Assembly (NCBI RefSeq): GCF_004010195.1
Contig: NC_057749.1
Coordinates: forward strand, 25,592,180-25,612,179
Reading direction: 5' to 3'
Length of the DNA stretch: 20,000 nucleotides
DNA from: Chiloscyllium plagiosum
Lineage: Eukaryota
How positions within the stretch are numbered: the stretch's first letter is position 1; each line of letters begins with the position of its first letter. Below, piece by piece: positions 10,752 to 20,000 of this stretch. The translations under genes and the position numbers were made by a program. The notes under the pieces were generated by a model, which saw only the letters and a program-made list of their open reading frames with translations, was not told the origin of the DNA and made no database searches.

Positions 10752-10935
10752 GGGGAAGCATTGGCAAGGTCAACTTTCATTGCCCATCCCCAAGTGATCT
10801 TAAACTAAGTAGCTCAAGCTCAATTTAAGCATCTAGAGAAGAGTCAACCACACTATGGGTCTGGAGTCACATAGGCTAGACTGGATAAAGAATGACATCT
10901 TTTCTGCCAAAAGATGTTAGTGAACCAGATGGGTT
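10752..10935 (-). mobile_element. Deu-domain SINE, degenerate
   Basis: attgcccatccc..aagagtcaaccacactatgggtctggagtcacataggctagactgg..ttagtgaaccagatggg is the reverse complement of the 8170-8492 core. Confidence 0.65.
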
Positions 10936-11889
10936 GGCATAATAGCAGAAAGATCAGATCCTGAGCATTAGAATAGGTAGTTAGCCTACTTTAGAATTTG
11001 CTGGCTGAAGATAAATTCTCAGACATGAGTGGGCCAAATGGCCTCCCTCCTGTGCCACACCACCAGTAACAGCTATGACTCAAAACAAGTGCTTCAGTTA
11101 ACTTGTAGACTACACACTAGGAGTAGCAACAGGAGCACTAGAACCTACAAAGACAGCTGTGAGAATTCCATCATATTATTAAAAATATGGTCACATGACA
11201 TAGGGCTAAACCATGGCAACATCAGTTGCCTGCACAAGGCAGTTAGTTCCATGGAGATGACATCACCCCAAGAGGATTACCTTCAAAGCCCCAGAACGTT
11301 GCCAAAGCAGTTATTAGCTGTAGGGTCCTCTGGGACCCACTACCTTATGTTATGTCAACTCAGCATCGAGCAATTCAAAGTCATCTTCATTGCTGCATCA
11401 GCAGTTGCTTCTTGATGTTTTGTGGGGGTGGGGGAAAAAAGTGGGGCAGGAAACTTGCTTGGTTTAGCCAATGCTTCAGTTTAAGACAACATATTGAATT
11501 TAAGTATGCAAGGAAAAAAAAAGCCAATTTCTCAGGTAACTAGTACTCAAATTTCTTATGAGGAGGAAAGTGTAGACTATTTGACCCCATAGTCAGATAG
11601 GTCCACAAACTACTCAAATAGAGGCTTCTCAACAGATGCTGTTACAGAACAGATAGGATTGAATCTCCTGGCCCAAAGATGGGGCATTACCACTGCATAA
11701 GATTCCTCTATGTACATGAAAAATAGCATTCAGATTGTAGTTTCCAGCTGACACTAGTGACATTTGCTACTGTGCTTTCAAATTCACTTGCAATGAAGCC
11801 CATTGCTTACCTTTCTAAATTAAGGTTGATAATCAGTCTGTTAGGTGCAATGAAGGTAGACAGACTAGGGGGAGCAAGCAAGGTAGAGT

Positions 11890-12420
11890 GCACATTGACC
11901 TTCATTGCAAGAACACTGGAGTTCAGAAGTAGGGCGAGGGCGTTGGAGAGACAAGTATTGCATGGAGATTTGGTCTCCTTACATAAAAAAGGAGGGGGTT
12001 GCCACAGAGGGAGTGGAATGGAGGATCACAAGGCTCATACCATGGATGTCAGGATTGTCCTGTGATGAGACATTAGTAGACACAGACCCAGTAGAACCAA
12101 AATTCTGAAAAGATAGGGTTGGGAGAAAAATCAGATTGAAACAAAACAGGACTGGAAATGTGACATGCAGGAAGGACATTTTCTTGATTGGATAGCCTAG
12201 AATTATGGATATAGGGCAGGGTAGACCATTCAGAATGGAGATGCGGAAACATTTCAGAGGGTGACTAAATGTGGAATTATCTTGCTTAGTTTTCAGTAGT
12301 AGAGAAGGCACTGAACATACTGGAGAGAGAAAAGATTTTAGAATTAATAATATCGGGGAGTGGGGGGGAAGCTTTAGGATTGATTGAACCTCAATCTTTT
12401 ATTGAATGGTCTTTGCTTGC
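11890..12420 (+). mobile_element. Old degenerate CR1 LINE 3' fragment
   Basis: ttgaccttcattgcaagaacactggagttcagaagtagg, tggtctccttacataaaaaagga and ccattcagaatggagatgcggaaacattt are CR1 ORF2 remnants, broken by frameshifts. Confidence 0.6.
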
Positions 12421-13608
12421 TTTAGTTATTAAAATAGACAATGGGGGGTATGACTAGCATCTACACAACCAGCAAGAAATCTGCCTTCAGGAGAAAGGAC
12501 CAAATTCAAGTTTGGCAAGCAGCTGCCCCAGTACATTTGTCAAATCAAAATGGATGAGTGGTAGGCATTTATTCAAATTTGTTTTGAATTCAAAATTGCT
12601 CAGAGGCAAAAGTTTGTTCATACAGTGACATGTACGATCCCCAGCTACTGGACAACTTCAGCTGCCTGTAGGTCATCCTATACAGATCAAAGCTGAAGAT
12701 TAAAGCTTCACCACAGGGCTTCTTGGGGGTGGGTGGCACAAAATTTGGTTGGGTCACAGCGAATGTCTGTGGTCACACTGAGGCAACGATCACTATGGGG
12801 TCCGTCAGGTCTGTGCTCTTGATGAGGGGTTAAGATTTTAAGGACCAAAATGGAGAGAATGGGTTGGAAAGTTTGTTTTGCAGAAAGTTTCCTTTGTATC
12901 TGGAACATTTGCCTACAGAAGCTATAAGTCTTAAGTGCTCTGTTACCTGCATCCAAAATATAATTTGGAGTGGAGATAAATAAAGGTGCAATTTTGCTGG
13001 TTGCTACCTCTCCCCCACCAAGAAAGTGGCAGGAAAAAATTTATATAGACTTTAAACCAATACAAAACCAAGGTTACCATAATTTCTTTCAATGTACTCA
13101 CAAGCAATGCTGTTTGTGTTGTGATACACATGGCTGGCAATGTGTGGTTGGGGTAATGTCACCAATCCTTTCAACTATTGCAGTAATACAACTGACCAAA
13201 TTGCTGAATCAAAGGGCTAACCAAAGCAGTGGTAGAATAAACCACGAGAGTCAACTAAAGGCAAAATTTGTCCTAGACAAGATTGTTTTACTACACAAGT
13301 TACATTGATGAATTAAATACAATTACAAGACCAGAATCCAGCAAAGGGACCAGTCTGCCCCTTCAATGCCTAAGATGGGCATCAGTTAGATGGAACTGAA
13401 TGCAACTTCAACCCTTTCCAGAATCAAGGCCTTATTCAAACACACCTTATATACTCTGGAAGGTGAAAAAGTCAAAAGTTAGCCACTGACCTGGTCAAGT
13501 TTACTAATGTGAACTGTACAGAGGGTATCTGCTTAATTACTTCACTACATTCTGAAGAGGAGTCAGAGTCAAAACAAGCTCTCTCCACAGATGCTCCTAG
13601 TATCTCAA

Positions 13609-13737
13609 TTTTAAAATCACAACACCAGGTTATAGTCCAACAGGTTTATTCAGAAGCACCAGCTTTGCGTGCTGCTCCTTCATCAGTTGTTTTTAAACTT
13701 TGTACACCCCAGTCCAACAGCAGCATCTCCAAATCAT
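13609..13737. mobile_element. Penelope-type element (family A), internally deleted
   Basis: aaaatcacaacaccaggttatagtccaacaggtttatt..agcttt..gctgctccttcatcag matches the 5041-5112 arm. It ends in tttgtacaccccagtccaac..gcatctccaaatcat, inverted relative to the 5' ends of the other copies. Confidence 0.7.
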
Positions 13738-13987
13738 GACTGCCGGTGTTTCACTAGCAATTTTTGCATTTCAGATAGGTTGGAGGTTCCTGGGAGGAAA
13801 TGAGGAATAATAAAAGTCTTAATTGGTGAAGACATTCACATCACTACTGATTAGTTAAATATTATAAACAGAATTGAAACCAAATAAAAACCTAGCCATC
13901 ATGGCAACCATTCCTCCAATTCAACTTTCTGAATCTAGGAATTAAAAACATTAGTCTGTATTCAGGTAGCTTTTTAGCTTACCTTAC

Positions 13988-14142
13988 CTCCAACAAAGAA
14001 CGAGTAAGGATCAACTGCAAAGTCAGTCCCTGCCAAAACACTCCTGGAATTAACAGAACTGAAGAACAAATCCAAAACTTCATGACTGGAAGGCGGGTTG
14101 TTGAAAAATACTAGATCACTTGTTACAAACACAGATCCTCTC
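13988..14142 (-). CDS. Internal coding exon (155 bp, phase 2 to 1), C-terminal half of a SEA domain; RGSVFVTSDLVFFNNPPSSHEVLDLFFSSVNSRSVLAGTDFAVDPYSFFVG(G)
   Basis: A long T-rich tract and AG-free stretch lead to ccgaag|GAGAGGATCT, and the exon ends at GGAG|gtaagg. The frame is stop-free, with SEA hallmarks GSV-x-V-x-x-x-L-x-F and a terminal VDPxS-hydrophobic strand. Confidence 0.9.
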
Positions 14143-15159
14143 CTTCGGTTTGAGATGGGGGCATTGAGTAGAGCAAAAAAAAAAGAAAAGTTGATATTAG
14201 AACAAGCTGTTATAAAGCTGACTAAACAAGCTGCACACAGGGGTCAAAAAGACCACTAACAAGTGTTATGTAGTGGAAGCTACTACAGAAGTACTCACAT
14301 TTTGAAATAGACATGATAAATTCAATTTAATCTAACATGTATTTTCATGTGAAAGACTGGCACACATTTGGTTTCAATGATAAAATGGAGGCAGATTATC
14401 AAAGAAAAGCACTGTATACAAGTTAACATTTCACATACCTTACAAAGTCTTAACTACTGTAGCAACACCACTTCAGTGAAATCAAATTACAAAGATGTTT
14501 CTATTCCATCTAATAGAAGTTAAATTTAACTGCTAAGTTCCCATCCTGAGCTTTGAAAACTTCTCTTGCATGCTTAAAGACTTACAACTTTTAATAGCAT
14601 TGTAAACAGACATTCCTGGTCTGGAAGATTTCTGCATATAATTAGCATTCCCTTAACTGCTTTGAGCAACTTCTAGAAAGGGACAACAAGTTACACTTGA
14701 CTTCAGACAACTCTCCAAACTGAACCAAAAACATTGAACTAATAGAACACCTTGCTCATCCTACATTCTGGTAAGCTAATGCAGAATGTCTCTACTCTAC
14801 AGTTTTAAGCTCTTTTATTAACAATCCAGGAACTGCACACAGGCTTAAAGTATGGATCCATCTCTTCACAACAAGATCACTCATGCCACTAGTTTGAAAT
14901 CAAAAGTACAAATCTCAGTTTAGAAGACAATTTCTAGAGTGTGACAGTCATTAAACAGGACACGAGGGAAGGTGGAGTGCAAGAATTTCTTTAATGGACA
15001 GATTAGATAAGCATAAGAGTCAAAAAACAAGGACTGATTGCTTCAAACTCCTGACCACTCAATGATTGAGACTTGATTTGTACAGTGATCTGTATAATTA
15101 AAAATCAAAATCACTCACTGGGACAGCTTTCTTTCACTTCTATTCAAGCCAGCAGTAAA

Positions 15160-15485
15160 ACATGGAAATAGACCCATCAGTCCAACTCTTCCATGCTAAA
15201 AGAGATATCCTGAGTTAATCTAGCCCCATATCCCTGTAAACCCTTCCCATTGTATACTCATCCAGATGCCTCTTAAAGTGTTGTAATTGTACCAGCCTCC
15301 ACCACTTCTTCTGGCAGCTCATTCCATACACATGAATCACCTGGCACTTAAATGTTGACCCTCAGGTCCTTTTAAATCCTTCCCCACTCACCTGAAACCT
15401 ATGCAGTCTAGTTTTGGATTGGACTGCACAATACTGGGGAAGACCTTGGCTATTCTCCCTTTCTAAGCACCGTGATTGTATAAAC
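15160..15485 (-). mobile_element. CR1-type LINE 3' end fragment
   Basis: catggaaatagaccc..gtccaactc..ccccatatccctgtaaacccttcc..ttgtaattgtaccagcctccaccacttcttctggcagctcattccatac, homologous to 1418-1715. Confidence 0.8.
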
Positions 15486-15554
15486 TTTTGCCTTGCACCT
15501 GAATTTAGTGTTCTATTTAGCAGAAACACAGCAAACTTTTAATTCCTGTATCAA

Positions 15555-15680
15555 AACCCTCCTAATGGCATTGTGGGGGTACTGACATCAGTTAGATGAG
15601 ACAGCCTACAATTACCTTCAAAAGAGGCAAGTGGATGATAATAAGTGCTGGCCCAGGTAGCAACACCCACATCTGCAGTG
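15555..15680 (+). mobile_element. LINE/SINE 3' tail fragment (same tail as the Deu-SINE copies)
   Basis: ccctcctaatggcattgtgggg..aataagtgctggccc..agcaacacccacatc resembles 8445-8480. Confidence 0.45.
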
Positions 15681-15876
15681 TAACTATAATTAGAAAATAT
15701 TCTTTCCCCATTTCAAGATCAGACATAACTGCTGGCCAGAGACCTGCAGTTTAAACTCCACAGGAAAAAGATAAAAAACACAGGAAGAGCTATTTGTTAT
15801 TGCACAATTTAAGATTAAGCCACAAACGAAATACTGAGCAATTACACAAATCGCTTGGTAAGGAAATTTCACTTAC

Positions 15877-15938
15877 CCAAATTGTTTGATCACAGCTTGC
15901 ACAAAGTGGCCATATTTTGGCTGCAAGATCATCTGTAA
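15877..15938 (-). CDS. Internal coding exon (62 bp, phase 0 to 2) of a SEA-domain transmembrane mucin-like gene; LQMILQPKYGHFVQAVIKQF(G)
   Basis: Minus strand reads ttttctttttag|TTACAG...CAATTTGG|gtaagt. The split codon GG+G joins the next exon in frame. Positionally equivalent to the short MUC1 exon FLQIYKQGGFLGLSNIKFR that precedes the SEA cleavage motif. Confidence 0.85.
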
Positions 15939-16239
15939 CTAAAAAGAAAATCATTCAATAGATAAGGATCATAGAATGGTTATGGGGCTGAAGGCCACTC
16001 AGCCCATAGAGTCTACACAAGTAGAAATTGTATAACTACTGCCAATTGTTTGTAGGCAAACAAAGATATTAATGTTGGTTTTAATGGACAGTATCCATTA
16101 GAATCTGATGTCCAGGCTCCACCCCATGTGACATCTGAATGACTAAAATCGACAGCTAAAGTAACCTACACCTTACTAGAGGAAATAACGGAGAGGTTCT
16201 AAGCTACTCAAAACCTGCCCAACTAAAAGTGTGTAAGCT

Positions 16240-16372
16240 AAGGGGTGTGTTGGTTGGGTACATGAGTCAGGGGTAAATGTCGAGTAACAGGGCAAGGGAA
16301 TAGGTTTGGGTAGGTTACTCAGTTGGTGTGGATTGTTGGGCCGAAGGGCCTGTTTTCATACTGTAGGGATTC
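16240..16372 (+). mobile_element. HE1/V-SINE-like 3' fragment
   Basis: ggtttgggtaggttactc..gtgtggattgttgggccgaagggcctgttttcatactgtagggattc matches the tail of 4013-4335. Confidence 0.6.
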
Positions 16373-16389
16373 CAGAAAAAACTTCGAAT

Positions 16390-16570
16390 GAGATGTTGGC
16401 ATCACTGACAGGTAGGGATGACAGATTTCCTTCCCAAGATATGTCTTTTTAAAACCAGAATTGACTTAATAGACCAACTCAAATTCCAGATTTCACAAAA
16501 CACTATGGTGCAATTTGAATTCATACTCAAGATTAGCCTGGTGATTGTGCAGTGACATTATGCTACCATA
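16390..16570 (-). mobile_element. Deu-domain SINE, internally deleted
   Basis: gagatgttggcatcactg..gatgacagatttccttccc..aattccagattt..atggtgcaatttgaattca is the reverse complement of parts of 8170-8492. Confidence 0.5.
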
Positions 16571-16579
16571 AAGGTAAAC

Positions 16580-17335
16580 TGATGTTGGCCTTCATAGCTA
16601 GAAGCTTCAAGTACAGGTATTTTGGCATCATGCAACAGTTTTTCTGTGCAGCCTCATGCTACCCAAACAGCATCCACTATTAGTCAATTGCATTACAGCC
16701 AATCACATCTGCACACTTATCACAAGTTTCTGTACAGAAACAAGGATGTCTTGTTGCAATTATACAAGGCATTTGTGATGCCTCACCTGGAATATTGTAC
16801 ATGTGTGTCCTTAGAGGACAATTGTTGCAGAGGGAGTGCAGTGAAGGTTTAACCAAATAGGATTCCTGGGATGGTAAAACTGACATGGAGAGATTGTCAG
16901 TTAGGATTGTATTCACTGGAGTTTTACAGAGTTGTTTGGGGAGGGGGTGGAGTTAATTTTATCTTTCAGATTTCACCAACACTAGACAATACATACATAC
17001 TTTATTTTTCGTGTGGTGGGGGGCAGGGGGGAAAGGAGGGAAAGAATGCACAGGAGAGCAAGAAGAATCCATAATTGGGGTGAAGGTTAAAGGGTAAAAC
17101 TTTTGGAACTTAGATTAAAAAAGTTTCTTCACAGTAGCGAGCCTGTGGAAATGGTAAGCGGTCAAGACCAAAACACTGGGGTTTAAGTAGGCAGATATAG
17201 CTGTCGCAGCTAAGGGAACAAGGATGTGTGGGGGAAGACAGGATTAAAAGTATTGAGCTGGAAAATCAACCAGGATCACAATGAATGGCTGAACAGTAGA
17301 GGTCAAATGGCCTACTTCTGCTATGCTTCTATGTT
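16580..17335 (+). mobile_element. CR1-type LINE 3' region, degenerate and interrupted
   Basis: YRNKDVLLQLYKAFVMPHLEYC in track ORF 16622..16852 is a CR1 ORF2 motif. Followed by ttcttcacagtagcgagcctgtggaa and the tail ggtcaaatggcctacttctgct. Confidence 0.8.
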
Positions 17336-17570
17336 AAAAATTTAACTAGGTTTACTTAACAAGACTTAACTGCACATTGAGTAAGGTGGGTAGTGGAGTC
17401 AGGGCCCTTTGTACCAAGTTTGCTGTTATTCCATTGTAACCCCAGACTTAGTCCACCACCCTAGCCATCCTCCTATGAGGGTCTTGGACAGAATGGATCA
17501 CTAGAATGATAGCACAACCAATTAAATATGTAGGTTCAATACAGAAAGCAGAACAGTTTGTGATGGTCAG

Positions 17571-18070
17571 NNNNNNNNNNNNNNNNNNNNNNNNNNNNNN
17601 NNNNNNNNNNNNNNNNNNNNNNNNNNNNNNNNNNNNNNNNNNNNNNNNNNNNNNNNNNNNNNNNNNNNNNNNNNNNNNNNNNNNNNNNNNNNNNNNNNNN
17701 NNNNNNNNNNNNNNNNNNNNNNNNNNNNNNNNNNNNNNNNNNNNNNNNNNNNNNNNNNNNNNNNNNNNNNNNNNNNNNNNNNNNNNNNNNNNNNNNNNNN
17801 NNNNNNNNNNNNNNNNNNNNNNNNNNNNNNNNNNNNNNNNNNNNNNNNNNNNNNNNNNNNNNNNNNNNNNNNNNNNNNNNNNNNNNNNNNNNNNNNNNNN
17901 NNNNNNNNNNNNNNNNNNNNNNNNNNNNNNNNNNNNNNNNNNNNNNNNNNNNNNNNNNNNNNNNNNNNNNNNNNNNNNNNNNNNNNNNNNNNNNNNNNNN
18001 NNNNNNNNNNNNNNNNNNNNNNNNNNNNNNNNNNNNNNNNNNNNNNNNNNNNNNNNNNNNNNNNNNNNNN
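17571..18070. other. Assembly gap (500 N)
   Basis: Exactly 500 consecutive N, a round number typical of a placeholder gap of unknown true size. Confidence 1.
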
Positions 18071-18150
18071 CAGAGATACGGTGGAGGGTAGGTCTGGGTG
18101 AGATGCTCTACGAAGGGTTGGAGTGGACCGCATGACCTGCTTCCACACTG
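18071..18150 (+). mobile_element. HE1/V-SINE-like 3' end, truncated by the gap
   Basis: ggtctgggtgagatgctctacgaagggttg..gacctgcttccacactg resembles the tails at 4255-4330 and 16300-16370. Confidence 0.55.
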
Positions 18151-18194
18151 AAATGAAAATTAATTTGCGCAGTCATCGACTGAACTGCCAATAA

Positions 18195-18450
18195 AATGGA
18201 TGTCCCTCCAATTCTGGTCCTTTTAAGTCTCCTTATTCCATTGCTTCACCACCATTGCTGATTATGCCTACAGCTGCCCAGATTCTAATCCTTAGAATAA
18301 GCCTTTTCTACTTTAAGACTTTTCTTAAATCTTCCACATTGTCCTAGCTTTTAGTCACTGCTCCTGTTAGCTCTTTAGCACTCCTTTTGAGGCATCTTGG
18401 GATATTTCATCATGTTAAAGTGTTCATAAAAATACAAATTGTTGCTGTTA
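18195..18450 (+). mobile_element. L2-type LINE 3' end, degenerate
   Basis: caccattgctg..gcctacagctgc..tttaagacttttcttaaa..catcttgggatatttcatcatgttaaagtgttcataaaatacaaattgttgctgtt has the L2-style terminus. Confidence 0.55.
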
Positions 18451-18676
18451 ACTGGAATCTTGAGTTTCCTGTATAAAAGTGTATGCCTGGACTCCTCAGT
18501 TCAGAGGGACTGCATGGTCACAAAGCCAAGCAATAACCTTGTCAGTGGCTAACGGGAACTCTTTAATTCCCCCCATTGCAGGCAGTCAATGGACTCTCCT
18601 CAACAATGTGACTTGATGTATGTGGATTACACCACAAATGCAGCCTGGGTGGTTTTGGTGACTCACTAGCTACACA

Positions 18677-19065
18677 GATTTGATTTGATTTATTATTGTC
18701 ACATGTACCGAGTTAGAGTGAAAAGTATTGTTTTGCGTGCTAGATCAATCATGCTTCACATGAGTACATCATGGTAATAGAATGGAATGCAGAATGTGGT
18801 GTTTAACAGCTACTGAGAAGATGCAGAGAAAGACCAATTCTGATATGAGAGGTCCATTCAGAAGTCTGATAACAGCGGGGAAAAAGCTGTTCTTAAATCT
18901 GTTTTGTTTCTTCTGCCTGATGGAAGAGAATATAACCTAAATGGGAGGGGTCTTTGATTATGTTGTTGCTTTCCTGCTTCATGGTGAAGTGTAGACGGAG
19001 TCAACAGAAGGAAGGCTGGTTTGTGCGATGGACTGGGCTATGTTCACAACTCTCTATCATTTCTG
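18677..19065 (-). mobile_element. Rex1/Babar-like LINE 3' end with an (AAATC)n tail
   Basis: Begins gatttgatttgatttattattgtcacatgtac and includes ccattcagaagtctgataacagcggggaaaaagctgttctt and tcttctgcctgatggaaga. Clade assignment is from recognition only. Confidence 0.6.
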
Positions 19066-19662
19066 TAAGGCTGCTGTAAGAGGTCTTGGTTAGTCTGGGA
19101 ATGGTTGAAAATGGCCCACTGTCACCATGGACAATCAAGGTCAGGTGGACAGGTAGAGGGGTGTAGAATGTTTGATGCTTTCCCCTGAAAACCCTTCTGT
19201 TGCAGTTAGTCAGCCGTTACTCCTCAGTGTGGTGGGTTTAGTGATGTGGATTGGTAAGATGGAAGGCATAATGCTGGAATGCTGGTGGTTTGAGAATGTG
19301 ATGCAGTAGGCACAGGCTTGGGTTGGAGTTGACATTCTCCAGTACTTTTGCTACTGCAGTGACCCTCCAGTTGTGGGCCTGGGGTCACATTTAGGACAGC
19401 TCAGATAAGGATGGGAGATTTTCCTTCACTAAAAGCTCCTTTCTCTATCAGGTGTGACCGACAGCAGAATGCTAGAGACTTATCTTCAATTCTTGTCTGA
19501 TCTTGGAGGAATGGATGCCCTATTGAGGAAATTCCCTAAGAGTAGTCATCTGACAGGCTATCTTCTGAAAAACGTAGTTGGAATGCCAAATCATTTAAGG
19601 GTGAAGATAATGAACAAAAAAATCCGACAATCTTGCATGCAATGTGGGTACATTGCAAACAG

Positions 19663-19814
19663 CATTGTGTATGTATTAATGCCTGACAACATTGTATGTG
19701 CTAATGCCTGACAACATTGTGTATGTGCTAATGCCTGACAACATTGTGTAGGTGCTAATGCCTGACAACATTGTGTATGTGCTAATGCCTGACAACATTG
19801 TGTAGGTGCTAATG
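19663..19814 (+). repeat. Minisatellite, 27-bp unit cattgtgtatgtgctaatgcctgacaa, about 5.7 copies
   Basis: Units start at 19663, 19690 (25 bp), 19715, 19742, 19769 and 19796 (partial), with no spacers between them. Confidence 0.95.
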
Positions 19815-20000
19815 TGGATGTACCTACTAGAGAAGGTGCAAAACTTGACCTACTCTTGGGAAATAAGGCAGGGCAGGTGACTGAGGTGTCAGTGGGGGAG
19901 CACTTTGGGGCCAGCGACCATAATTCTATTTGTTTTAAAATAGTGATGGAAAAGGATAGACCAGAAGTTCTAAATTGGCAAGAACTTTGGAGAAAGGCCA
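19814..20000 (+). mobile_element. CR1 LINE ORF2 fragment, C-terminal part of the APE endonuclease domain
   Basis: Translates to VDVPTREGAKLDLLLGNKAGQVTEVSVGEHFGASDHNSICFKIVMEKDRPEVLNW, with the PTR..LDL and SDH endonuclease motifs. May continue past the window end. Confidence 0.9.

Noticed and set aside
11811..11837. Possible 27-nt minus-strand micro-exon (cctaacag|...AAAG|gtaagc)
   Set aside because: In the phase-1 context of this intron it gives an immediate TGA. There is no other support, so it is probably a chance site, although a poison exon cannot be excluded without RNA data.
12708..12956. Possible alternative terminal exon (ttctgtag|GCAAATG) or 82-aa ORF on the minus strand
   Set aside because: Weak pyrimidine tract, featureless peptide and no supporting homology.
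17506..18148. Two long ORFs (209 aa and 193 aa) in the ORF track
   Set aside because: Artefacts of translating through the 500-N gap.
19140..19420. P/T/S-rich minus-strand translation as a mucin PTS exon
   Set aside because: All three frames hit stops within a short distance, there are no clear splice sites, and it adjoins a SINE remnant.
19663..19814. CRISPR-like array of ~27-bp repeats
   Set aside because: The units are head-to-tail with no unique spacers, there are no cas genes, and the context is vertebrate. It is a minisatellite.

Overview
Eukaryotic, intron-rich vertebrate DNA. The repeat content (CR1 LINE 3' ends, HE1/V-SINE-like and Deu-domain SINEs, Penelope-type short elements) points to a cartilaginous fish, probably a shark; this is inferred from recognised repeat sequences, not from a search. 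The ORF track is almost entirely spurious. The real signal is four minus-strand exons (15877-15938, 13988-14142, 2957-3066, 931-1029) with canonical GT-AG sites and matching phases. They splice into an open 142-aa reading frame: the C-terminal half of a SEA domain (FG-RG^SVFV cleavage-type motif), a short stalk, a transmembrane helix (FPGFGIAIILLCGLAIVSLPILAFL) and a Cys-rich cytoplasmic tail. This is a MUC1-like single-pass SEA-domain membrane protein whose 5' exons and last exon were not found in the window. The introns carry many transposon remnants, including short Penelope-type elements with minimal hammerhead-ribozyme cores and target-site duplications. There is also a 156-bp tandem duplication, a 27-bp minisatellite and a 500-N assembly gap (17571-18070).
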